Shown: positions 15,401-27,447 of the stretch, one piece after another
Layout: each line of letters begins with the position of its first letter
How positions within the stretch are numbered: the first letter of the stretch is position 1
NCBI GenBank assembly: GCA_965235115.1
Contig: OZ249436.1
Span: 34,782,001 to 34,846,000 of the forward strand
Direction of reading: 5' to 3'
Origin: Laetmonice hystrix
Lineage: Eukaryota
DNA length: 64,000 nt
The notes under the pieces: generated by a model
What the model was told of the DNA's origin: nothing
Databases searched by the model: none
The model's input: only the letters and a program-made list of their open reading frames with translations
Translations under genes and position numbers: made by a program

Positions 15401-18330
15401 AAGCACGGAGGCCATTGGCCAGAGGGCTGGAACCTAATCACTCTGGGATAGGGCATGTGCCTTTCATTGCCATAAATGTGATGATAACTCCAGGGACTGC
15501 TATCCTAGGCCGTCAGTGATGCCCAGACGGGTCTAGACAAACCCTGTCAGCATGGACCATTATCGGGCGTACCCTTCGAACTTCAGAGTAAGGAGGGGTT
15601 GAAAAAAGGCAATCAAGGAGTAGACACTGAAATATGAATGTTTGAGGACCTGGCCCCATCCCTTTGAACAGTTTGTATATATTAATATCCCAAAGCCCGT
15701 CTGAAGCAGGCACTTAAAGGGTTTGCGGGCAGGCCTGAGGCATTGACTTACGTTGGGTACACTCTTAGATGTTGCTGTTGTCCCTTCAAGGTAGAAAAGG
15801 ATCATCCATGGCATCTTTGTTCTCCAAGAGTACTTCATCATACTGATGTGCTGGGCCGATGCTTGCTTCATTTTCTAGATATCAGCATCTGAGGTGCAAA
15901 GGTTGAGCTGAGCTTTGAGAGGTTCCACATTGGTAAGCCGTTCTCAGCGTGTCCGGCCATACGGACTTCATTAGTGTAACTCAGCCGTCGTCCGTTGACC
16001 CTTGCCGAATGGTTCTACTGTTTAATCAGTATGTCATTGCAGCCCATGTGGTCGCTTCCAGATGGAAACAGGAAATCGCTTTGGTTTGTGGACTCTTTAT
16101 GGATGTGTCCAGTCCGTTGATCTCTGACCAGTAAAGAGTGACTTGATCATTGGTCAGTAGCTAGGAAATTGTGGTACAGATTGCCAACACAGCCTCGCTG
16201 ACGATACCAGTTTCATTTTATGAGGAGGGCTCCGCAAAATGGACAGCAGTTCCCAAGCCTGGTCGCTTTTGTGTGACCTGTTCTTCTCTGGTGGCCAGCT
16301 GGGGGAAACAATGTTCCCCGAATGAGTGCCCACCTCCTGTCCAGTGGATAGGTTTTTGTATGTGAGCAAAGCGATTGGTTTTAACCACAGACAGAAGTGA
16401 GCAAGGCATCTGTGAAAACAATGGATAGTACTGCATCACCCTGTAAAATTTGTAAACAGTTATTTGACAGACATGTGATAAAATCGCCTGGTCTTGAAGT
16501 GGTGCCTGGGGATATCCATTTGTGATTCTAAATGCATGGGTTCTTTTATTCTATAAAATGAGAGAAAGTGACATTTTGTGCGAGCTTCTCCGACAGGATG
16601 GTGTGGACGTGTCCATGTGTACGAGACCCAAAAACGTCCCTTCTGGGAGACTGAACATTCTCATAGTACCAGTTTGCTTCCTATTAGCTCGTCACGCAAC
16701 CTTGTCTTGTGTGACCACCAAATTGTCACCTCAAGAGTCCTGCCCGACACGTAACGCCCAGCAACAGTTTGAATTGGGTTGGCGGTTGGTGTATTCTTGT
16801 GTGTGAGGTTTGGCGTTGTTGTACAACACTTTAGTGTAGTTACGAATCCCCCCGACATGCGTTCAATAATTACGTAGCCGCCACTAAAACATGCAGGCTT
16901 TCTCTCACTCCCAAACATTAAAGGACTTTGGTGATTGAGAGACATGCGATGTCGACATGCTAGTTGTGAACCGTCGAGCCCCCTGGAACACGTACTTGGG
17001 TTGTGAGAGATTTGTTGGCGTGCGCTCCAAGATCTTTTCTCAAGGACCCTGTAACTTGGAGAAGGATGTGGGAGCCAAATGTTCCTATATGTTCCTGGAC
17101 GTTTTCCATATAGTTCACAGGGCTCAAGATGTGAGGCAGAAGGAGCGTAGACAAAGAGGAGATTGCTGTGAGACTAATGTTAAGTTCATCCCAATAGTTA
17201 GTACCACTCCGAGTGTGAGAAGTTTTGGTCATTATGCCGGGAAGGGCCAATATGAGTCTACCAGGTCATACCAGCTGACGTTCGTCAAATCGTAGACCGC
17301 CAGAGACTCCGGCAAACATTGATTTGCTGGGTAGCTCCAATCAGAGAAATAGATTCAGTTTGTACGTAAACTGAGATTGAGTTTTACGCTATATTAGGAT
17401 AGAACATTTGACACCGATGGGAGAAAACAGTTTGCGTACTGAAATGAAATAGTCGATGCCACCAATCGGGTCTGTTATAAATACCATGGTTTGCAGCTTA
17501 GAACAGGAACTACGGGTGGGAGGAGTCCTGGGGTTACGATGGAGGCTGGTTGTACTCCCTTAGTAGAATAGGGGACGACACAGGTCTTGAAATAGAAAGG
17601 GAGAAGTGGAAAGTGCTGCTCCTGGTTAGTTGACGGTGTCGGTGTTGATGGAGGCTCTGTTCCTAGGGGCCCACCCACCAACAAGGGACCAAGACCAGAC
17701 CCCACGTCCCCAGCATCTGGCAGCACTGCCAAGGGGTCACATTGTGCCGTCTGACCACCAAGCGATCAATGACGACAGGGGTGGGGGACCTTTCGGTCAG
17801 GTACAGTACAAGTGAAGGAAGGCCTCCTCACAGAACCAGTAAATGTCAACTACGTGAAATCAACCAGGGTCAATCTTCACAGACTATAATGTTTATTTTC
17901 AAAGTACGTTAAAAGCAATTTGTTCCTGTATGTTCCACGACTGCTGTAGGGGGGGGGGGGTAGTGTCTTTTTGTGACGTTCTTGGTAGTTTTCTCATCAG
18001 TAATATAGAGCAGGCCTGTGGACCATGGAGTGTCAAATTGGAGCTGGGTTTGTGACGGTCCAGTGAAGATGTAGGCAGAGATATTTGGCTCTTCCTTGAC
18101 AATAAAAAGTGTACTTTCCCGAACGATTGCAATCAGAAGTCACGAAAGCGACACGGAATAATTGCCAGCGCAATGGAAAGAGGCACGGGCCCAGCTAAAA
18201 TAGTGAACCAGGACCCACAACAGGTGGTTGGTTGGATACCTGAGAGTTACGACCTGCTGTGTTCAAGATACCTTGGGCTGCAGTGACAACATTAGACGCT
18301 GGGGGGGGGGGGGGGGGGCTCACAGCCCAG

Positions 18331-18430
18331 TGACGTCAGAGCCGGGGGTTGCATCCTCTTGGACCGTAGCCAATCCACAGTGACATACCTTTGCGCACAA
18401 ACACTAGAAACACAACATGGGATTGGCTGT
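18331..18430. promoter_or_regulatory. Candidate regulatory cluster: CRE (TGACGTCA) plus two inverted CCAAT boxes
   Basis: TGACGTCA at 18331-18338; AGCCAATCC near 18368-18376 and GGATTGGCT near 18420-18428; preceded by G18. Motif match only. Confidence 0.25.
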
Positions 18431-21149
18431 GTGTGTACTGAGACGACGTGAGGGTCGGTCAGGGAGTGAAGTGGGCCGCGGCACGGACGGACACGTTCTA
18501 ACTACCAGTTTCTACCTGCCGTCACGCCAAATAACTCCGCCAGGGGGCTTCCATCGAGGGCAGTTTACACAGCGTGCACCGGAGACTGAGCCTCATGGGT
18601 CAGGTTGCAGAGATACTGTAGAAACAAACATCGCATGTCGATAAGCAATTATTTTTGGTGTTACTCTACAAATTGGAGGCACGGCTACCTTGCTGGCCAC
18701 TGACAGCATGTATTTAGATCAGCAAGTAAGCCCCTTGATTCGAAGTAAAAGACCGATTTCAAAGGATGTCTACTTAAAAGTTACCCAGTTGACGATAGAA
18801 GTGCTCAGCTACAATTAGGAATTCCAGGGTCGTAAAGAGTGCTGTGCATGTACCAATCCTGACTTTTCTTGGTAGGAACCGTCGACTTTGTTAAAAAAAT
18901 ATAAGCCTCAAATGGGCACTTCCTATCCCGACAGATACCAAAACTGCCCCAGTTCCTGAAATATTCAAATGAATATAAAATACAATTAAATAAAGTGATT
19001 TGCAGAGTCTAAAGGTTTTTCTCTCCCTTGTCCATGTAGGGTTGCCGTTCTGGCTGTACATACAGTTATAGCGCGGAGACCAGAAGCCATCCGTGTGGTC
19101 GAGCCACCATGATGAAGTGGTCTACTTACTGCCAGATTATGTACACACAGACTGGCATGTCACCAAGTCCCCCCATAGATAAATATCGGCACAGATACCT
19201 CGGCCAGGGATATGTCTTTTGGGGGCTATAGGTCATGCATAAGTCAGTTACCTGAAACTTTCGCCTCATTAAATATCCTAACTATTTCTTTTTGATCCCC
19301 TTCGGAGCGCTTCAAGGATCATTTTATGTACTCGTTGAACCTTGCATGATACAGATATTCTGATAAGCTGAAATGGGGATGAATTGCATAGGTACACTCT
19401 ACTCTATGAAATAGAAGTATTACTGAGAGGAGCTTTCTTTGGAATGGCGGTTCACAGGACAAGTTTAGTGTACTACAAGAAGCCATAAATGGCAGACACC
19501 AGGCTAGGAACTGGTACATGCCATGGGTAAGTAAACTCTACAAGGCCAATATTGAGGTACTCAATACCATATGTACCGGTTGGTGGGCGCCCTAGGTGCA
19601 GGGAACTGAGTCACGGAGTATTGGCGCTGATACGATATAAGCTGAGCCTATCCTGTATAGTGGAGACTAATGTTGCTTTCTCTGGAGGATAAGCGACATA
19701 TTTGTACATGCCTAATAATATGATATGGAAGATGGTTAACTAGACCCCCATTTATAAGACAATGTAGTTTATGTCATGCACACTTAATCCCATCAACCTC
19801 GTCTATTTCGTGATCAGTGTGGCATTCTGAAATTCTTACTTCCACTATTTTCATTCATGATCGTTTACAGAATGGAGTTCCTTGATTTATGGCAAGGAAG
19901 GGCAAAGAGCAATTGTGTGACAGTAAAAAAAGTGAAGAAGAATTGTGTGTGCCATGCAGATATAACCTGGCATTGCCATTCCCATTTCATCTGTTGACAT
20001 AGGCAGCTCATGCACAGTTCCCCTGTCACTATCGATGCACTTTCTCTGGGCCCGCGGTCCGCCAACGCATGTCTCGTTCCAAAGGCTCCTTGGTCTGTGC
20101 TATCTGAAGTCGTGGCAAGGTAATCATCAAATTTAATGATGCAGAAAATAGGTTGGTGCCATCGGCTGGCAGTGTTGAAGTAGCCGTCCGTCAACGAGGA
20201 AGCTGGAGACGGGATGAAGCGGGTTGGTGGCGGGGCAGGGGTCCGTGGAGAGAAACAGGCAGCAAGACGGGGTTCTACTGGACGACCCTGCCCAATGGGG
20301 GTGTTTTCTGATGGTGGGGGGGGGGACGTCGGCCCGGAGATGCCTATCAAATGAGACCGACTTGAAGACTTGCTCTGGCGCTAGGGAAGGTCCCATTGAG
20401 AGATGTACTGTGTTGATATGCCGTCCGCTTGTCTGGGACTGCTTACCACGGCCAAGCTTCTTGGGGACGAGTTTGGTATTGCATCCTAATGAGGAACAAG
20501 TTTATATACCGGCTTACAGAAACTTTCTAATGCCATCTGTGTGCCAGGAGAAAACGTTTGGAGAATGAAAAAATAGCCGGTGCTGGTGCAAGAAAGTGGT
20601 TCTTGCTTCAAGGAGGATGTGATCATTTGCAGGACCGTAGACACCCAATGTGTATGGTAATGGTTAGGGAAGGGCGCTATCAGCATGGCCCTTTCCACGC
20701 CCTCGTCCCTTGGGCCGAATGTTGAGCCGCTGTAGTTTGCTCGTTTTCGTTATCTCTGTCCATCTTCAGACGGTCTAAATGGCTTCATCCGATATTCCGC
20801 CCCCTTGGCGGCCTCCCTGACCCTGGCCAGACAGTACCTTGGGGCAGGCTGGAGCCGCTGCTCATAGGCTGGAAATGATTTCAAGGGCAGGACCTCATTC
20901 GTTAATGGTTATCTGATTGAGGCTGGAGACATGGATTTTAATCAAACAAACTGAGGAGAAATAATTAAGGGTCATTTAAAACGATCTCGGGGTTGAGGTA
21001 CTTTGAGTTCACCAGCACATGAATTCAGTTGGGCGGGTGGCTACCTCTGTTATTAGTCCCACAGGCTATGGCATCCTGGATGTAGAAATCGGTGCTTGTA
21101 GGCCTATATTGGACCGTACGGTTTTGGACTTCCCCAGAGACTAGATTTA

Positions 21150-21540
21150 ACATCAGGGGATCGCTCTGGGCCTTGTGTGACATTTGTCTGCCAACATACT
21201 CCAAGTTAAAACCTGTCTGCCTTTGTTGTACTTCAACAAAAACCGGAAGACAAATCGTGAAGGGTTTAAATTCAAACAAACTCTTGAAGAGGTTAGTGTT
21301 GGACGCCTTGTGTTGTGGTCGGTGAAGTGGGTGGTCAGCACGGGGTCATCAGCTGTTTGACCGGCACTGACCATTGCCTGTCAGCGCCCACTCTGGACTT
21401 GACTTATCTTTGGGTTGACCCCCGCATCGACAAGTGGTTTGGACTTGGGACGCCTTGAGCCTGGACGAGTCGTGGTCAGAGACTGACCGCTCCACGGCTG
21501 GCCCGCTAGCCGCCTGAGTTCGGCTGTGATCAGGGCTCAC
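21150..21540 (-). pseudogene. Possible highly decayed non-LTR reverse-transcriptase fragment
   Basis: Minus-strand QGVP, ADD (about 105 nt later) and LNLNPS occur in the order and roughly the spacing of GVPQG / YADD / LNxxK. They lie in different frames with stops. Confidence 0.25.
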
Positions 21541-23197
21541 GACAGATAATCACGATATTCAGGGCGCTGGCAAACATTGCATGTTTGTTTTGGGAGACGT
21601 GATTATATTGGAAACCTAGTGATCTGGATGAGGGCGTTTGTTCCGGTGTAAAGTTTCCAAGTGGCACGTCTGGCACACCTGAGGGTGTTTAGTAGAAATG
21701 TCTGCAGTGCCTGTAACGTTATAGGCTCAGGTCAAATGGGCGGCAAGGAAGGACCCTTATGTCAGCAAGCTTTTTTCCAATATCTTTGAAACCAGCAAGT
21801 ATTGGTTTCTTGAGTAAGTTTGCTTCTCGCCAACGTAATTGAGGATCTAACGAATAGACAACATTCGTGTGTTAGCACAGGAGGGGTCTAAATGACTTTG
21901 TTTATAGACACAGGTCCTGTAAGAAGGGGATTTCGTATAAGGAACATTATAAGCCAACTGAACAACATTGCTATTGCTGCCAACACAAAGGTGTTAATAA
22001 TCTTGATGCTTAATTAATGGGTTGACATATGGAACTAGGTGTCACTAGGTGCACTTGTCGCATGCCGATTGCACATAGGTGTTTGCACCCATTACCGGGG
22101 CCAAACCCTCATGTGTTACTTTCTGCCTACCTGAACTTGCTCTCTTTACTGGCCGGATCAAAGCATGCCCCAGCCAACCTGACAATTACCACCAGAGTAT
22201 GCATGAAAGAGTCCCCTTGAGCACCTTGCTCTTAATTCGTGGTAGGCTATTGTTGTACGCAGCAGGGGGCTACCTGTATTGTTCAAATTCTAGAACAACC
22301 GGAACAAGTCTATTGATGGAACAATGGCTTGTAATGGCAACATTGCATGAAGTTAGAAAATCATTGAAAGCATTATATTCCTAAATAAAGTGGGTTTTTC
22401 TATTCAGTCAAATTATGAAAGGGTAATTAGAGTTGACATTTAGAAGGGTATATTGGTAGAGCTATTAGAAGGCGACTTTTTTGCATGAGGCGGAAACAAA
22501 CATCAAAGAAAACAGGAAATATTCTACACGCATCTCATGCATGACCGCGGTTATTTGATGGTTCAGTGATCACAAAACGTAAACAACAGTCCACTCAAGT
22601 TGTTTCTCATGTATTTTATATCAGTCAATGCTTGTTAGTCCAACATGGTGAAGGAAATGGGCCTTAATTGGCAATAGGATTAGAACTTTCATGCCATGAA
22701 TGAGGTATTTGTAGAAAAAAAGAGGTAATGAAGCAGTAGATCGTGGCTGTATACTAAGCACGTGTATGTGCTATTTTGAAATAAATTATTGTTTTTACAG
22801 TGAAGCACACAAAAACCTCTGGAACCAATTTACACAGGTAGTATGTTAGCGAAAAGTGTTTTTGTCTGTCCCGAGGACTAGTTGAAGCTGGGTATTAGGT
22901 TTTGGTAAATGTGATTGCTTACGGTAAAAATGTAATTCAGCCTGCATGGAAGATGATGTAGATGGTCATATTCTGAATGGATTTAAATTTGAAGAATAAT
23001 GTTTTATGTCCCCGGGGGATATTTAATTCAAGCCATGGCTCAACTATAGACGCACGGGTACAAAGCATAATGACCAGCTTGGTGTAGCCAGAACGAAATG
23101 GCTTGAAATATAGCTTCCTCCCAAGATGTTGTTTCCCTTCAAAGAATCTAATATTTTTCCATAATGAACTAACAAATTGTTTATATTCTATTTGCAG

Positions 23198-23303
23198 GGG
23201 GTAAACACCAACAAGAAGTTTGGCGATTTGGTGCCAATCTAACAGGAAACTACAAGATTCTACACACAGATACAATTTCAGACTCCATCCTCATTGGTGC
23301 AAG
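23198..23303 (+). CDS. Sema1a: Semaphorin exon A: (x)GKHQQEVWRFGANLTGNYKILHTDTISDSILIGA(R)
   Basis: tttgcag acceptor and AG|gtaagt donor; 106 nt, phase 1 to 2; the ...ILIGAR motif is typical of the Sema domain start. Confidence 0.85.
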
Positions 23304-26300
23304 GTAAGTCAGCGCAACTCTTACTGTCGATTCGCATTACAAATGGTTAAATTTGTAGTTTGAAATATCCCATTGTTTAAAACTACTTCTTGTCATTCTC
23401 TTTCGGATATCTACATTAGAATTCTAACAAAGGTATACTTAAACTGTAGAATAGCTATATATCTTCCTGCCCGCCTACCTACCTATTGTGAAACATGATA
23501 AGGCCTACACATGTCGAATGAAGAGGTAGTAATAAAACAACTGGTATTACGACTTTGGATCAGAACACATTACACTTTTACAAATCCATCACATGCACCG
23601 ACATGCCATCAAATAACCATTTTCTCGGTGTAATGAAATTCACAGCCGACATTTTGTCCCGCTCCTGTGTTGTTAATGGAAGAGACCCCACTGTAAGATG
23701 TGAGACGCTCACAGATAAGATCAGAGGGTATTCGCTGTCTGATTCTATCCAGTATCATTACTTACTACATGATGAGGCAGTGTAAGAGATGAATGGGTCC
23801 ATCTCATCACTAATGGTGTTGGCGGATCACCAGACTGGTGCACATCTTTTACACGCTGATCGGGGAAAGTGGAAGAAGCGAGCAGCTTTTTGAAGGCAAT
23901 CCCAAGATTCTGAAACCACTTATCAGTCCTTGGATCTTTGGACAATCCACTAATCCGTAATCTGGATAATCCCAATTGCTGGTCCCTACCAGTAATCCGA
24001 AAGTGGCAGGGGGTTAGCCAAGACAGCATCTGTCAGTTACTGGCAGATGGAGCATTAGCTAAATCAGTCTACCCATGGGAACGGGACTGGCGGCCTGGGT
24101 ATTTCTGGAGAGAGCAGGATGAGTATTAAGATCTTATCAGGGCCATAGATCAAGGGAGGGAAACGCTAAATTTGTCTCTGTGCGCCCATAGAGTATGGGT
24201 AGTCTATGCCGTGCCTTGCAGTGGAAATTGAACTTGTCAAAAACGGACTTGTTTTTGACACAGACTTATTATGTGAAGCATTTTTGTCAAGTTAGAAATA
24301 CTAGAAAAATGTTATTCCAATAGAGACATTTGGAACGATTGTCGAATTGGACTTGAAGAAAATTAGGACTGAACGAGGAAACATTTGTTTACTCGATCCC
24401 TATGTTCCAGAGGTCCCTGTACATTGCAAATAAGACCATTCAATCAAGATTCTATTTGGCCCGCTCTACTAATATATAATACTACTGGTGCGTGGGTTGG
24501 TGCGGTAACCTCTAATGGTACCAAGGTCGTCAGATTCTCATTCTTCCAACCTTGTGTGAATAATACCCGTGGATATCAGCATCTTTGTGCTGCAGACTGT
24601 CGCAGAAAATGAAAGCCCAGCTACTATCAGATGATCAGCTACGCCTGATGAAGTTGACATGCACCGGACATCGACAGGCCCTTTGACAGGCGGGCACAGA
24701 GGGCCATGATATGGAACATTAGCCGGCTGGCGTGCTGAAAGCACTCGACCGAAGGCCCCAGCTGTACGCCCCGCCGGCAGAGCGGGCCCACAGGGCGATC
24801 ATCCCAGAATCCAACAAAAGCATCGACTAACATGATTCTGGGAGCCTTGGCTACTGCTGCCTGCTGCAGGGGGCACCGTCATTGCCGCTTGGTATCGGGA
24901 GGGGTGCCCCCATGAATGCTAAAGGGGGAAGGGCCCTTTGTAGGGGCAACAGACAGTGAGGAGGAGGGGGTGGGCAGGGCTGGCGAGCTGGACTCATCCA
25001 ATCACAGGACTGAAGCCCAAGGCAGAGACAGGCGTGGTTGGGGTGAGTTAGTTGAGGTTTGAAGTGGGGTAAGGGTGGTTTGGGGGGGGGGGGGTCCAGC
25101 AGGGATGGCAACTGGTGACCGGTGGATTGGGAAATCTAGGCAGGGATTATGCAGGGAGATTACCCTGGATTAAGGCCGCCTTGAATCGCTGTCCTCAGGC
25201 AGGGTGATTGGGTTGTAGATGTGAATCCACCAAACGCCCCAAGGAAGCGAGTCTTTCGTTAAGGAGCTTTGCATCCGGAAACTGGCACAGACAAAATGGT
25301 ACCGCAGAGCTGGAGTATAGATGTTTTGTCTTTGATTTGTGGGTTTAGAATTTCAAACACTGCAGGTGTTTTGTTAGCGGACTATACCATTTGTTCCGAT
25401 AGAGTTATGGAGATTGGTCATCTCGAGAAATGGGGACAGAAGAACATGGTAACCAGCTTTGGTACCGCAACGTTTGTGGTGAATTACCATATTCCACCCA
25501 TTTGTCCATTTTATCTAGTGCCTACCCCCGGGCCATCGCGTCCGGTGGAACAATCCGAACGACCCTGAATGTGGGGAGAAATTCAAAAAGAGGTCATAAG
25601 ATCTCAATAACATTGAGCCAGAGCCTTTGAACTATTGACACGGATCCAGAAACAAGGGACATGTTTTGTTTTCAGCCTCCAGCCATCACTTTCTGTCCGT
25701 GCAGGGGACACCCTTCAAACGTTGTCCCCCAAACCTTGGTCAGCGACCTCCCCCCCTCCCCGGCCGACCTTTGCGTGACCATGTGTGATCTTCAACACCT
25801 CACGTGCAGCGTCTATTGTTACATATTAAAGATATAAAAAGATAGGGTTGTCATTGGTCATGTCGTAGTGACGAGCCATGAATGTCAATCAGGAATAACC
25901 TTGTGAGCCACAGGTATACGGTCGTAAAATTGTTGCCGTGGTCCTTTGCTATGGAGATGTTAGCAGTAGTAGTACATGTAGGGCCGCAAGGCTTGTTTAC
26001 AAAGGGCACGGCGGGTGCAAATGTAAAGGTTTGAAGCATGGGTGTAAGAGTTTCGGACTGAAAGTTTTTTGAAAGGCGAGGTGCATTTTGTAAGTCAATG
26101 CTTTTAATTTATTAAACATTTTCGGCCTTCTCTTAATGAGCGGATTTTTATTATTTTTTTTTATTTTTTTTGGCTGGTTAGGAGATTGTTAAATATGAGA
26201 TTTTCGACCTTCCTAATTTGAAAGTTTTTCTGGTTAGTTGAGGGATCGTAACTTGTAACCAGTGTACGACCTTGATGTGTGACTTTGATCAGTTGTAAAA

Positions 26301-26951
26301 TGTTCATAATGTTGCTGCTGATTATGGCTAATTGATGGTAGTTGTCATTATGAAGCACCATATGTTTACACTAGTAATCAGACCCATCTCTCGTTAATGT
26401 ACCTGTCAGAATGAGTTAATCATCCTAATTATAGCCAGTGGACGGCTTAGTGTTGTATTCTCTGGAAATGTTCACGACTCTATCTTCAGTAATGTCACTC
26501 AGGATGAGTAGTTGGGCCCTGTGGGTGGGCTGAGGATGTAATGGAATCTGTCTCTAGCAAAGATTTGATGGTGTCCAGAGAAAGGGTTAGCAATGCGATC
26601 TACGAGTCGGGCGTGCCGTTGGGGGTCTAGTATTGATCACTGGTTTACATTCATGATGGCATCTATATCTTGATGCCATCCGTTCTTTGGTTTCATGAGA
26701 CCAATATTGTGCAGTGAATTCCTATCGTGAGAAAAAGATATTTGGAAATAAGGAAATATGCCGTCTGGAACCAAACGCGGCAACGTGTTATTTATAAACA
26801 GAAATAAATAACACGTTTATGGTATCCCAGGGCGGATGATTGTGACATGAAAGTCTGGTTTATTGTTGTCTTTATAAGTCTAAATGAGAGAGGCTAAGAA
26901 TTATTAAATGGTCTGGTAACGGAGGGAGAAATGGAAACCAGCTGAATGTGC

Positions 26952-27447
26952 GTGGGGGTGAGTACCTCATGGGCTGACCCCACAGTGGGGGTGAGTACCC
27001 CATGGGCTGACCCCACAGTGGGGGTGAGTACCCCATGGACTGACCCCATAGTGGGGGTGAGTACCCCATGGACTGACCCCACAGTGGGGGTGAGTACCCC
27101 ATGGACTGACCCCACAGTGGGGGTGAGTACCCCATGGACTGACCCCACAGTGGGGGTGAGTACCCCATGGACTGACCCCACAGTAGGGGTGAGTACCCCA
27201 CGGACTGACCCCACAGTGGGGGTGAGTACCCCATGGACTGATCCCACAATGGGGGTGAGTACTCCATGGGCTGACCCCACAGTGTGGGTGAGTACTCCAT
27301 GGACTGACCCCACAGTGGGGGTGAGTACCCCATGGACTGACCCCACAATGGGGGTGAGTACCCCATGGACTGATCCCACAATGGGGGTGAGTACCCCATG
27401 GACTGATCCCACAATGGGGGTGAGTACCCCATGGGCTGACCCCACAT
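26952..27447. repeat. 33-bp minisatellite, 15 copies (GTGGGGGTGAGTACCCCATGGACTGACCCCACA)
   Basis: The ORF track shows an 11-aa period repeated 15 times; units read directly. Confidence 0.97.

Noticed and set aside
19381-19530. Strong G|GTAAGT donor near 19527 as a candidate first (signal peptide) exon
   Set aside because: No upstream open frame encoding a hydrophobic signal peptide was found.
20400-20580. SPNVFSWHTDG resembling an integrase-core PNxxWHxDG motif
   Set aside because: The following conserved residues are absent and the frame has stops.
1-23000. The many 60-160 aa ORFs in the 5' region as independent genes
   Set aside because: No recognisable domains or consistent exon chains; they fit intronic or intergenic DNA with decayed repeats.
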